From: an uncultured Phycisphaeraceae bacterium | GTDB lineage: Bacteria; Planctomycetota; Phycisphaerae; Phycisphaerales; UBA1924 | Direction of reading: 5' to 3' | Assembly: GCA_964531675.1 (NCBI GenBank) | Contig: CAZHFW010000007.1 | Coordinates: 6,754 to 70,753, forward strand | Length of the DNA stretch: 64,000 nucleotides | Shown: piece by piece, positions 27,018 to 37,200 of the stretch | Position numbering within the stretch: position 1 is the first letter of the stretch | Layout: every line of letters starts with the position of its first letter | Position numbers and translations under genes: made by a program | The notes under the pieces: model-generated | The model's input: the letters and a program-made list of their open reading frames with translations, nothing else | Databases searched by the model: none | What the model was told of the DNA's origin: nothing

Positions 27018-28100
27018 TCAGCCTCGGGCAGCCAGCGCCCTCGATAACACACGCTCCACCGCTTCCCAGACCGAGTCTTCCTCGATGCGGTCGATGCTGC
27101 AACGCTCGGGGTGGTCGTCGCTGACCTCGTCGATCGGCAGGGTCGGATCCGCGCTGAGCTCGACCTCGGGGCCGGTGGGATGATGCGGGATCTTGGTCCA
27201 GCGGGCGTCGGTCGGTCCGAAGAGGCTGACCACCGGGACGCCCATCGCGGCAGCGATGTGGCGAGGCCCCGTGTCGTTGGTCACCATCAGCGAAGCGTGC
27301 TTCACGACGCCCTTGAGCGCCCCGAGGGTCATGCCCAGCGTGTGGAGTCCGACCACGCCGGCGCCCGCGCTGCTGGTGATCTTCTCCACAACCTCGCGCT
27401 CTGCCGGAGAGCCATTGACCAGGACCAGGAAGCCCTTGCGGTCGCGGAGTTTCTGCGCGAGCCTCGCGAAGCGCTCGGCGGGCCAGCGCTTGTCCTCACG
27501 ATTGCCGCCCGGATTCAGCACGGCAAACGGCTTTCCGATGCAGCCCGCCTTGCTCAGAATGGCCTCCGCTTCGGCGGCCTGCTCGGGCGTGAGCCCGAGC
27601 GTCATGGGGAGCGTCTGTGTTGCGGCGCGGTCGGCAAGCAGGAGCTGGCGGGCGAGCCTGAGGTAGTAGTCGACCGCGGGGACGGGCGCGTGTCGGCCGT
27701 CGGGACGGCGCGGCGGGTCGATCATGTCGGTCAGGAGCAGCCCGCGGGCGTCGCGGTTGTACCCGATGCGGCGCGGAATCCCCGCGATGCGCGTGATCAG
27801 CGCGGTCGAGAAGGAGTTGGTCAGGAGCAGGGCGGTGTCGTAGCGCCGGGGGCGGAGCCTGGCCGCGACGAACTTGGGGCCGAGCACGCCGGTGGGTCGT
27901 TCGACGTGAAACTCATCGAGCAGGCCGGAGCCCGCGAGGATCTGATCGATCCCGGGACGCACCAGGCCTCCGATGAAGATTCCCGGGAATGCCGCACGGA
28001 TCTCGCGGAGGGTCGGCGTGGCCATGACCGCGTCGCCAACCCAGCTCGGGAGGACGATCAGCAGGCGCAGCGGGCGGGGCTGGTTGGAATCCTTGGCCAT
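27018..28100 (-). CDS. ADP-heptose:LPS heptosyltransferase (glycosyltransferase family 9, WaaF/WaaC-like)
   Basis: LRLLIVLPSWVGDAVMATPTLREIR at the N-terminus. Later FAVLNPGGNREDKRWP and the MVTNDTGPRHIAAAMGVPVVSLFGPT motif typical of GT9. Confidence 0.85.
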   Translation of the reverse strand: MAKDSNQPRPLRLLIVLPSWVGDAVMATPTLREIRAAFPGIFIGGLVRPGIDQILAGSGLLDEFHVERPTGVLGPKFVAARLRPRRYDTALLLTNSFSTALITRIAGIPRRIGYNRDARGLLLTDMIDPPRRPDGRHAPVPAVDYYLRLARQLLLADRAATQTLPMTLGLTPEQAAEAEAILSKAGCIGKPFAVLNPGGNREDKRWPAERFARLAQKLRDRKGFLVLVNGSPAEREVVEKITSSAGAGVVGLHTLGMTLGALKGVVKHASLMVTNDTGPRHIAAAMGVPVVSLFGPTDARWTKIPHHPTGPEVELSADPTLPIDEVSDDHPERCSIDRIEEDSVWEAVERVLSRALAARG

Positions 28101-28103
28101 GCG

Positions 28104-28400
28104 TCAGAGCAGCTCGTCGGAGTTTTCGGGAGGGCGGCCCCAGAGGTTTTCGCCCGGATGTTTGCCGGCGAACCAGTGATCGGTGACGCGGCGGAGTTCG
28201 GCAGCAAACCCGAGCGCCGCGATGCGGTCGGCGGCCAGCGTGACCGTCACGCTTTGGTCGTCCGCGGTGATGGAATCAAGCCTGACACCCGTGCGTTCGG
28301 CGATCGACTCGGCTGCGGCGATGACCGTGCTGCGGACCTTCTGGTCGTGCAGGGGCTGGCCTTCCAGGGCGCGGAGTCGGACCGTCGAATGCTCCATCAT
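28104..28400 (-). CDS. Small hypothetical protein (98 aa) between the gmhB and GT9 genes
   Basis: ATG-ATG at 28400-28395 and coding-like composition. The longer tracked ORF (to 28598) overlaps gmhB in another frame. Confidence 0.35.
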   Translation of the reverse strand: MMEHSTVRLRALEGQPLHDQKVRSTVIAAAESIAERTGVRLDSITADDQSVTVTLAADRIAALGFAAELRRVTDHWFAGKHPGENLWGRPPENSDELL

Positions 28401-28419
28401 CGGAGTGTAGGGGATCGCC

Positions 28420-29001
28420 TCAGGTCTTCGCGTGTTCGAGGATGGTGCGCACCGCCCACGCAAAGTCGGGCTCGGGCCAGACGCGGAGGCACCGCTCGGG
28501 CGCGAGACCCGCAGCGTGTCCGGCCTCGATGTCGCGGGGCGCGTCGCCGACCATCCAGGATGCCGAGAGATCCAGACCAAGCTCGCTCGCCGCCGCATGG
28601 ATCATGCCTGGACCGGGCTTGCGCCAAGCGTGTTCCTTCGTGAGCCATCCGCCCGGGGCGCCCTTTGGATGCAATGGGCAGAAATAGAAGGACTCGATCC
28701 AGGGCGCGAGCAGTTCGCGAACGCGGCGGTTGACGCGCTCGACGCCCTGGATGTCGGTCGCGCCGCGGGCGACCGAGCCCTGGTTGCTCACGACGACGAG
28801 CGTGAAGCCGGCCTGATGAAGTGCCGCGCAGCCATCGCGGACGCCCGGGAGCAGCTCGACCAGCGCGGGATCGATCAGGTCTCCCTTGGCAGCGGGGGGC
28901 GGCGCAGCCGGCAGCTCGTTGCACCGGATCAGGGTGTCGTCGCGATCGAGAAACACCGCTGGCTTCGCGGAGAGCGCTGGCTTGGGGAAGTGGGCTGGCA
29001 T
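28420..29001 (-). CDS. gmhB: D-glycero-D-manno-heptose 1,7-bisphosphate phosphatase (HAD-IIIA)
   Basis: HAD motifs VFLDRDDTLI (motif I), VVVSNQGSVARG (motif II), WRKPGPGMI and MVGDAPRDIEAGHAAG (motifs III/IV). Confidence 0.8.
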   Translation of the reverse strand: MPAHFPKPALSAKPAVFLDRDDTLIRCNELPAAPPPAAKGDLIDPALVELLPGVRDGCAALHQAGFTLVVVSNQGSVARGATDIQGVERVNRRVRELLAPWIESFYFCPLHPKGAPGGWLTKEHAWRKPGPGMIHAAASELGLDLSASWMVGDAPRDIEAGHAAGLAPERCLRVWPEPDFAWAVRTILEHAKT

Positions 29002-29193
29002 CGGACGGCGGCGGAATCGAGGGTGCTCTGGACCGAGAACAGCCCGGGTGGAAGCACACGCAGGAGCTTAGGTGAATCGTGCGGGTTCTGCGGTCCGAGA
29101 ACGGGCGCATGGAGCGCAACGCGATCCGCCGCGTGGCGTACGCCGGGGGTTTTGCCGATGACAACCCGGGGACTTCTCCACTGGAGGGGGCGG

Positions 29194-29598
29194 ATGCCGC
29201 GCACGATTCTGATCGCTGATGACGAGTCACACATCCGGCTGGTGGTCGGGCAGAGGCTGCGCACCATGGGCTTCAACGTGGTTGAGGCCTGCGATGGTGA
29301 GGAGGCCTTCGAGCTCGCCAAGGAGATCCATCCGGATCTGGTCCTCACCGACCTGCAGATGCCCGGCATGAGCGGGATTGAGCTCTGCACGAAGATGAAG
29401 CAGTGCGAGCAGACCCGCGAGATCCCCGCGATCCTGCTGACCGCGCGAGGCTACCTGCTCTCGGAGGCCGAGGTCGCGGCCACGAACATCCGCGAGATGC
29501 TGGCCAAGCCTTTCAGCGTCCGTGACGTCTCCGAGCGCATCCAGCGCCATCTGGGCAACAACGGCCAGACGGGACAGGTGACCAGGAACGCGGCCTGA
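29194..29598 (+). CDS. Stand-alone response-regulator receiver (CheY-like)
   Basis: The ATG at 29194 follows GGAGGGGG. ILIADDE...DLVLTDLQMPGMSGIEL...ILLTARG...KPF gives the conserved Asp pocket, phospho-acceptor Asp, Thr and Lys. Confidence 0.85.
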   Translation: MPRTILIADDESHIRLVVGQRLRTMGFNVVEACDGEEAFELAKEIHPDLVLTDLQMPGMSGIELCTKMKQCEQTREIPAILLTARGYLLSEAEVAATNIREMLAKPFSVRDVSERIQRHLGNNGQTGQVTRNAA

Positions 29599-29617
29599 AG
29601 GCCGCCCGCGGGGGAGC

Positions 29618-31249
29618 ATGATGAGTCGGGATCAGGACGTTTCCGCAGCACTGTTGACGGTCCGCGAGCGTTGCAAGTCGCTCGGACTTCCCACCTGGCG
29701 TCTGGACGCTCTGGGCACCATCCTTGACGGTCCCACGGAGAACGGTCTGGCCGGCCTCTGGCTGAACTGTGGCGAAGTGTCGCAGACTGTCAGCGCCAGC
29801 GCTCAAGCCTGGGCCGAGTCGCCCGAGCCGACGCAGCTCTTTCACGGGTGCTGGCTCATCCCGCTTCCCGAGCGCCGTCGTCGCAAGGTCGTGGGCCACA
29901 TGGTCGCGATGCTGCTGACGCGCGAAGGGCTCCTGGACGCGCGATTCCGTCAGATCTGCCAGAACACGTCGCTTGACGTGGCCGCGACCCGCAAGGCGAT
30001 GCTGCCCTTGGCGCGATTCGAGGAAGACGCGGTCAAGGCCACCGCTTCGACGCTCGCGTGGATGACCGAGGACCTGGCCCGCGCCCGCGAGCAGCAGGAG
30101 TCCATCAGCGGGTTCACGAACCAGCTCACCGAGAGCTTCGAGACGATCGACCTGCTCTACTCGCTCGGGCGCAGCATGAGCGACATGGCGCGCCCCGAGC
30201 AGTTCGTGGAATCAGCCTGCGAGATGCTCACGCGCACCATGCGCTTCGGCTTCGTGGGTGTGATCATGGCCGACGACCAGGGCCTGCCCGCGGGCCTGCG
30301 CGGCGCGACCCGCGTCAGCGGCGTGGTCGAGCAGGAAGCGCTCCGCCATGTCCTCGAGCAGAACCGCGATGCAGCCTCCAAGGCGCCCAAGGGGCTCATC
30401 ATCAGCGAGTGCGACGTGCTCCCGGGCGGAGCGCAGACCCAGGTCTGCCTCCAGAGGCTCATGCGCGACGGCCAGTTCGCGGGCTTCCTGGTCGCGGGCG
30501 ACAAGCAAGGCACCGATCCGCAGGTCTCGAGCTACGACACCCAGCTCTTTGAGGCGGCCGGCGGGTACATTGGCGCGTTCCTCGACAACGCCTCGCTCTA
30601 TGCGCAGCAGCGGGCCCTGTTCATGGGGACCGTGGAAGCGCTCGCGGCAGCCATCGAAGCCAAGGACCGATACACCTGCGGTCACGCCAAGCGCGTCGCG
30701 CATCTCTCCGAGAAGCTCGCCCGCGCCATCGGCCTCCCCGAGGAACAGTGCGAGACGATCCGCATCAGCGGTCTGCTTCACGACGTGGGCAAGATCGGCG
30801 TGCCCGAGGCGGTCCTGTGCAAGCACGGCAGGCTCACCGACGAGGAGTTCGCCGCGATCAAGCTCCACCCGGAGATGGGTCATCGCATCCTCCGCGACAT
30901 CGAGATGCTCGCCGACGAGCTGCCGGGCGTGCTCTACCACCACGAACGCTGGGACGGCCGGGGCTATCCCCACGGCGTCGCGGGCGAGCAGATCCCCCTC
31001 ATCGCGCGCATCATGGCCCTCGCCGATACGTTCGACGCCATGAGCTCCACGCGCTCGTACCGCTCCGCGATGCCCCGCGAGAAGGTGCTCGCGGAGATCC
31101 TCAAGTGCGGCGGGACGCAGTTCGACCCGAACCTCGCGCCCGAGTTCGTCAAGCTCGACTTCGCCGAGTACGACCGCATGGTCGCCGAGCACCAGGCGGC
31201 CGCGGGCTGGGAAAAGCCCGCGCCGGCGCCCCTCAAGTCGGCGGCGTAA
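29618..31249 (+). CDS. GAF-domain HD-GYP phosphohydrolase (probable c-di-GMP phosphodiesterase)
   Basis: KDRYTCGHAKRVAHLS...LLHDVGKIGVPEAVL...HPEMGHRIL...YHHERWDGRGYPHG is the HD-GYP signature. It starts 19 nt after the receiver gene. Confidence 0.85.
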   Translation: MMSRDQDVSAALLTVRERCKSLGLPTWRLDALGTILDGPTENGLAGLWLNCGEVSQTVSASAQAWAESPEPTQLFHGCWLIPLPERRRRKVVGHMVAMLLTREGLLDARFRQICQNTSLDVAATRKAMLPLARFEEDAVKATASTLAWMTEDLARAREQQESISGFTNQLTESFETIDLLYSLGRSMSDMARPEQFVESACEMLTRTMRFGFVGVIMADDQGLPAGLRGATRVSGVVEQEALRHVLEQNRDAASKAPKGLIISECDVLPGGAQTQVCLQRLMRDGQFAGFLVAGDKQGTDPQVSSYDTQLFEAAGGYIGAFLDNASLYAQQRALFMGTVEALAAAIEAKDRYTCGHAKRVAHLSEKLARAIGLPEEQCETIRISGLLHDVGKIGVPEAVLCKHGRLTDEEFAAIKLHPEMGHRILRDIEMLADELPGVLYHHERWDGRGYPHGVAGEQIPLIARIMALADTFDAMSSTRSYRSAMPREKVLAEILKCGGTQFDPNLAPEFVKLDFAEYDRMVAEHQAAAGWEKPAPAPLKSAA

Positions 31250-31252
31250 CGC

Positions 31253-32407
31253 TCAGTACGTGTTCCGCTTGCGGAGCAGACCAGAGGCGTCGGTGCGCGC
31301 CAGCACATCCGCGATCCGCGGACCAGTGTGTCCGTCGCCGTAGGGATGCACGCTCCGGCTCAGGTCCAGCGCCATCGCGTCATCCAGCGCACGCCTGATC
31401 GCAGCCTCGTCTTCGCTCGCATGCACGACGTTCGCGCAGCGCTGACGCCCAGCCTGGCGATCCCCGATGTCCACGCAGGCCACGCGGAGCGCCGCGGCCT
31501 CGATGAGCGCCGCGGACGAGTTGCCCACCAGCACGCCCTTGGTGCGGGCCATCGCCTTGAGCACGCCGACGAACTGATCGCGGGGGAGGTGCGCCAGCGT
31601 CCGGATCCCGGTGCGTTCGATCGCCTTGAGCACGCCTTCGCGCCCGGGATCCGCATTCGGATGCAGCGCGACCACACGCTCCGCGCCCACCGATGCGACG
31701 CACGCCCGCAAGGCCAGGCCCGCGCCGAGCTCCTCGTCCGCAGCATCGCGGCCGATCGGGTGCATCGAGAACAGGACGCGGGGCACGCCGCCCAGGTGCT
31801 CGATCAGCTCGGCGGAGGCTTCGGACACATCCGCGAGTCCGTCGATCGCGGGCGAGCCGACCGCGTGGATGTTCGCGGGCGTTTCGCCCATCTTCACGAT
31901 GCGAGCCGCGGACTCTTCGGTCGCGGGAAAGTGGAGATGTGCGAGCTTGGTGATCGCGTGGCGCATCGCCTCGTCGGCGACGCCTTCGGCGCGGTCCCCG
32001 CCGTGGATATGCGCCAGACCCCAGCCTCCGATGGAAGCGGCGCTGGCCGCGGCAAAGGCTTCGATGCGATCGCCGAGCACGACGACCCACGAGGGTTGCA
32101 GGTTCAGGAAGGCCCGGGCGAAGCGGCCCACGCCCCGGCCGACGGACTCGGCGTCCTCGTATCTGCCGGTCTTCCCCGCGATCTGCATGGGCACGGAGTC
32201 GGCGATGTTGAACTCCGCCTTCACGTCGCGGAGCGTGAGCGCGGGCTGGATCAGGTGCGAGCCTGCTGCGACGACCGCCAGCTCGAGCGAAGGATGGCGA
32301 TGCACCGCGTGCATGACGGGCCTGAGCAGCCCGAACTCCGCACGGCTCCCGGTCACGATCAGGATGCGACGCTTCTGGCTCATCGGTCGCTCCCGGTCAT
32401 GGGGCAA
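31253..32407 (-). CDS. neuC: UDP-N-acetylglucosamine 2-epimerase (hydrolysing), NeuC-type
   Basis: RILIVTGSRAEFGLLRPVMHAV... and AHIHGGDRAEG... match hydrolysing 2-epimerases. An alternative ATG at 32383 (MSQKRR) would avoid the overlap with neuB. Confidence 0.8.
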   Translation of the reverse strand: MPHDRERPMSQKRRILIVTGSRAEFGLLRPVMHAVHRHPSLELAVVAAGSHLIQPALTLRDVKAEFNIADSVPMQIAGKTGRYEDAESVGRGVGRFARAFLNLQPSWVVVLGDRIEAFAAASAASIGGWGLAHIHGGDRAEGVADEAMRHAITKLAHLHFPATEESAARIVKMGETPANIHAVGSPAIDGLADVSEASAELIEHLGGVPRVLFSMHPIGRDAADEELGAGLALRACVASVGAERVVALHPNADPGREGVLKAIERTGIRTLAHLPRDQFVGVLKAMARTKGVLVGNSSAALIEAAALRVACVDIGDRQAGRQRCANVVHASEDEAAIRRALDDAMALDLSRSVHPYGDGHTGPRIADVLARTDASGLLRKRNTY

Positions 32408-33431
32408 GGTCCGTCGCCTTCAGAGGCGAGTCCGCCTCGACGTCGTGGGCCAGTGTCCGGCCGATTACCGCGCCGAGCTTCTCGGGTTCCAGGCCCGTGC
32501 CGGGGCGCTTCACGGTCAGATCGCTCGGAGCGAGCTTGTGGCCCTTGGCGAGCGCGGCTCTGGTCGTGATGGACTGGCGCGAGACGTGCCGCACGTCTTG
32601 CTCGATTTCCAGAACTCTCTTGTCTTCCACGCCGAGCATCTGCCATGCCTGGCGCGCCAGGCGGACGTAGACCGCCATGTTGACGCCGGTGAGCGATGCT
32701 GCGTGGTCGGGCCCTTTGGCGTGGTTGTCGTAGGTCAGGTGCTTCTCGAGGATCATCGCGCCCGCCGCCACCGCCAGCCCGCCGCTCTCGAGCAAGGTCG
32801 TGTGGTCGGAGTAGCCCACCGGTCCCGGGAAGGCACGCTTCAGGGCGCGGATGCCTCCCAGTGCAGCGTTGTTCAAGCCCGTCGGATACGAGCTCACGCA
32901 CTGGAGCATCGCAAGCCTCGGATGCGCGGGCGCAAGCCAGCTCACCGCGCGGAGGACTTCCTCCATGTTCGCGGCGCCCGTTGAAACGATCAGGGGCTTG
33001 CCCGTGCGCATCAGCCCTTCGAGCAATGGGCGGTGGATCAGGTCGGGGGACGCGGTTTTGTACGCGTCCCAGGGCAAGGTCTGCGCTTCGCCGATGAGCT
33101 CGGTGGAGAAGACCGTGACGATCGCGTGCAGCCCGAGGCTGTGGGCTTTGGCGACGATCGCTTCCATCTGACCGATGCCCAGCTCGAGGCGGCGGAGCAT
33201 CGCGATCGGATCGGACTCGCCGGCAGCGGACTGGTACACCGCGAGCTTGGCAGCCTTGCTCATCAGCAGGTCGGTGCGGAAGAACTGGAGCTTGATCGCG
33301 TCAACCTTGGCCTGATGGGCCGCGTCGACGAGCTCCAGCGCCCGTTCCACCGATCCGTCGTGGTTGACGCCGAGTTCGGCGATGACATACGGCGGGAGCT
33401 CGTGCGAGATGGGTCGGTTGGCGATACGCAT
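32397..33431 (-). CDS. neuB: N-acetylneuraminate (nonulosonate) synthase
   Basis: YVIAELGVNHDGSVERALELVDAAHQAKVDAIKLQFF, GYSDHT, and a C-terminal SAF domain. Confidence 0.9.
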   Translation of the reverse strand: MRIANRPISHELPPYVIAELGVNHDGSVERALELVDAAHQAKVDAIKLQFFRTDLLMSKAAKLAVYQSAAGESDPIAMLRRLELGIGQMEAIVAKAHSLGLHAIVTVFSTELIGEAQTLPWDAYKTASPDLIHRPLLEGLMRTGKPLIVSTGAANMEEVLRAVSWLAPAHPRLAMLQCVSSYPTGLNNAALGGIRALKRAFPGPVGYSDHTTLLESGGLAVAAGAMILEKHLTYDNHAKGPDHAASLTGVNMAVYVRLARQAWQMLGVEDKRVLEIEQDVRHVSRQSITTRAALAKGHKLAPSDLTVKRPGTGLEPEKLGAVIGRTLAHDVEADSPLKATDLAP

Positions 33432-33443
33432 GCGTTGGAAAGA

Positions 33444-34199
33444 CTAGCGGGCCTGTCCCCTCAGAATCGCGTCGGCGACCAGCAGATCCGTGGGCGCGTC
33501 GATGTCCACGACGTCGCCTTCGCGGTTGGTGATGCCGCGACGGTCCTTTCCCAGGAACGCGTGCGGCCCATCGGTAACGTCCGGAACTTCGCGGAACAGC
33601 GCCCGACGCGTCAGGGCCACGACGCCTCCATCAGGCACGAACGCGGGGGGAAGGTCCTGGCGGCGGAAGACGTTGTGGTAGAGCACGTCTCCCTCCCAGG
33701 GACCGATCTTGCCCGCCTCGTCGAGCCTGACCATCCACCACGGGTGATACTTGCCCACGCTCGCGTAGCTCTGCACGCTGTCGCATCCTGAGGAGGCGAG
33801 CAACGCCAGCGCGCGATCGATCAGATCCGCGGGTCGCACCGGGACGTTCGCGTAGAGGATGACGATGGGACGTTCCGGGGCGGCATGGCCTTCGAGCCTC
33901 TCGATCTCTTCCACAGCGTGCCGGGCCGCGTCGTCCACGCGGGCGGTGTCGGTCGCCAGTTCCTTCGGACGGCTCACGACGTCCACGCCCCGAGCCTTGG
34001 CGAGCGTGATCAGCGACGCGTCGTCGGTGGAGAGCACGACCTTGCCCACGCGCGACGACTGGGCGGCCTGATCGAGCGTCCAGACGGCGCAGGGCTTGCC
34101 CGCGACCATCGCGGCGTTCTTGCCCGGCACGCCTTTGCTGCCGGCGCGGGCCAGCACGATCGCCAGAGCTCCGCCTGAGTTGGGACGCGCGTGTGTCAT
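33444..34199 (-). CDS. neuA: Acylneuraminate cytidylyltransferase (CMP-nonulosonate synthetase)
   Basis: ALAIVLARAGSKGVPGKN is the CTP_transf_3 P-loop. The length is about 250 aa. Confidence 0.85.
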   Translation of the reverse strand: MTHARPNSGGALAIVLARAGSKGVPGKNAAMVAGKPCAVWTLDQAAQSSRVGKVVLSTDDASLITLAKARGVDVVSRPKELATDTARVDDAARHAVEEIERLEGHAAPERPIVILYANVPVRPADLIDRALALLASSGCDSVQSYASVGKYHPWWMVRLDEAGKIGPWEGDVLYHNVFRRQDLPPAFVPDGGVVALTRRALFREVPDVTDGPHAFLGKDRRGITNREGDVVDIDAPTDLLVADAILRGQAR

Positions 34200-34202
34200 G
34201 GA

Positions 34203-37200
34203 TCAGGCGGGCTGGAGTGCTCCCCGGGCTTCGACCGCGGCGCTGGCAAGGGGCGCTGCGATCGACTGAATCATGCGTTCGTCCAGCACCCGCGTGACCT
34301 GTCCATCGGCGCGGAAGCCCATGCTCATGGCGGCCAGCGCGTCGCGTGCGGCGCTCGGGATCGGCAGGGCGCGGAAGTGGTCCTCGGGGATCGGCGCGGG
34401 CAAGGCGTCGATCGCCGCTGCACCGCAATGCATGATCCAGTAGTCGTAGAAGAGTTCGACCTCGGGGAGCGTGAGATCGCACTTGGTGATCCGCGGCACC
34501 ACGAGCAGGCCCGGGATGCCGTCGACCATCCCGCGATCGCGCACCAGCGCGTCGAGATTCTGCCTGGACTGCGCCCACGTGTCGACGCCGGCCAGCGTGC
34601 GGAACGTTTCGCCCGCGATGCTGAGCAGATCGACGCTGACCAGCTCGATGCCCGCGCTCAGGAGCTGCTGAACCTGCTCGGGAGGGCCCGCCAGCTGCGT
34701 GCGGACGTGGATTCCCGAGGCCCCGGCTTCGCGGAGCTGATCCACGACCGACCGCCAGCAGGCGTACTCGAGCGGATCGCCCCGACCGGCGAGGCTGACC
34801 ACGATCGGGCGATAGGCCGACAGGGCGCGAACCTGTTCGATGGCGCGCTCCAGGGCGGCGGGCGCGATGTCCAGTTCGGGTTTGCCTTGCTCCCAGGCAA
34901 GCCTGGCGCCTTGCGGACGGCGTGTCGTGAGCTCGATGACGATCCGCTCGGTCGAGTCAAAGGCGCGGGCCGAGCGCGACAAGGCGGCGATGCTGCGCTC
35001 GCCCGCGACGCCCGGTCCGAACTCGGCGAGCACATCCGCGACGGCGCGGGCCAGTGCCGGGCTGTCGGGGATGCAGCGGAGCGTGGCGTCGCGCACGACC
35101 GGCGTGGGGATGACGCAGTTGCTGCGCGCGATCGGATCAAACTGCGGCGCGACCGGGATGTAGCCCACCATGCCCGCGGGGGTCGCAAAGAGCCCGATCT
35201 TCGAGCGTGCCTGCGCCGTTTCGCGGGCGGTGCTGGCCGCGATGAGCATGGCGCCCAGCCCCGGCGCCGCGTGCGCGAAGGTGATCCTGTGGTGTTCGGG
35301 ATTCTCCAGGAAGCGGTCCACCAGAGCGTCGGCCAGCGCGGGATCGAGCAAGGCCCAATCCGCACCCACGCCCACGGCAGCGTCGAGCTCGCAGGCTTTG
35401 CACATCTCCGATGTGATGGCCAGGTCGATCGCCTCGTCGTAGACCGAGAGCCCGCCCGGCCCGCCGCGCCAGTTCCGTCTGGACCAGGCGCGCCCGCCGA
35501 GCCGGAAGCGACGCTGGGCGCGCCACTGTCCCAGGTCGGTTGGGCGGATGTCGATCTCGAGCCCGTCGGGGGCCTTCCCGATGAGCTGGCGGATGCGCTC
35601 GGGCTGATCGGTCGCGAGGACGACGCGCCTGAGCTTCTTGGTCTTGGCCAGCGCCCGCAGCGTCCACACCAGGGGGTTGGCCCCCGCGATCAGCGTGGAG
35701 AGGTCGCGCGAGGCGCCCATCCCGGACCAGTCCGGGTCGGCGATGATGACCGCGGCGATGCGAGCGTTCGTGTGTGCCGCGGTCTGGGCGGCCGCGTTGT
35801 CCACCTTGGCGGCACGCTCGAAGCGCGGGCGATAGACCTTGGGCCCGCCCGCGAAGGCTGTCAGCGCGTCGTCCAGAATCGTGCCGACCAGCTCCGAGGC
35901 CTCGCGGAGCGCCTTCATGTTCTCCAGATCGCGCTCGATCTGGAGCCTCTGACGGCCCAGATCGTCGATCGAGCCCGCGATGTCGATGGCGCGGTCGGCC
36001 TTGAAGCGGCGCAGCGCGCCCGCCTGGTTCATGTACTGGGTCAGCCAGAATGCCTCACGCATCGCCAGGGCTCGGTCGCGGTTGGACTCGACCTGCGCGA
36101 TGAGCTGATGCGCCTTGTTCTGGTCGCGCTGGTGCTCCAGCAGCTTCTCGAGTGTTTTCTGGGTCTGCTGCGTCAGCTTCTCCATCGCCAGGACGTCGCG
36201 CCGGATCTCGCGGAGCCGGTCGATGATCTGGCGCTGGCGTTCCGCGTCGCGCGACCGACGCTGCCAGTCATCCACCAGGCCGGGCTTCCAGCCGATGGGC
36301 GTCTTGGCGAACTGTTCGAGCCCGCGGGCGAGCGTGATCGGAACGGTGTGCGCCTTGGCGACGCCTCCTTCGGTGGCGTCAAAGGTCTTGAGGCCTCGCT
36401 CCTTGTCCGCGAGGAAGTCGCGCTCGAACTGGACCAGATAGGTCGCCATCTGCTCGTCGGTGTAGATGTCGCGTCCGGCGCTGTCCTTGGCCTTGCGGAG
36501 CGCCCCGCCCATGCGCTTGACACGCTCCCACTCCATCATCTCGAGCGAGCGGAAGGGGTTGAGCTCGGAGGCCCAGATGTTGTGGATCTGAGCGCCTCCC
36601 GCGTAGTACTGGCCATCGGTGAAGCCCAGGTCCTGGCCGACCAGGAGCACCGGATCGCAGCCGAGATAGCGCGCCAGGTAGTACGCCAGATGCGCCACGG
36701 TCGCGCCCTTGGGGAGCTTTCCCATCGGGCGGAAGAGCTTCTCGCCCAGCACCACGTCGAGCACTTCTTCCGAGAGGCAGCGGATGCGTCCGGGATAGGC
36801 GTCCAGGATCGCCGCGTTGGCCTGGGGTTCGACCACGAGCGTCACGCCTTCAACGTCCGACGCGGTTAGGCCTTCGTAGAAGCGCTTGCTGACCTCGTGG
36901 TAGTCGAGGGCGGTGACGAAGTGGGGCTTGATCCCGCGGGCCAGGAGAGGCCTGAGAGTCGTCTGGGTCGCGATGATCACGCACGCGTCGCGCACGCCGG
37001 GCTTGCTGAGCTCGGCGATGTTGCGCTCCAGGCTTGGCCCGGCCGCGACGATGACCGCGGGCCTTCCCGCCGCGGCGTTTTGCAGGTCCTGAATGCCTTC
37101 GCCGAGCCCGTAGTGCGCCAGATTCATGCACATGTTGTGCATGGAGGTCTGCATCTGGACCATCGTCGTGATGACGTTGGTGCGCACCGCTTTGATCACG

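Noticed and set aside
34191-36869. An 892-aa plus-strand ORF opposite the Maf-like gene. Similar cases are 9148..11706 (+), 2414..4555 (-), 4536..5888 (-), 6986..8167 (+), 13307..14740 (-), 27111..28643 (+) and 31611..32984 (+).
   Set aside because: All are antisense shadows of confidently recognised genes. Their composition is biased to Arg/Gly/Asp/Ala and they carry no family motifs.
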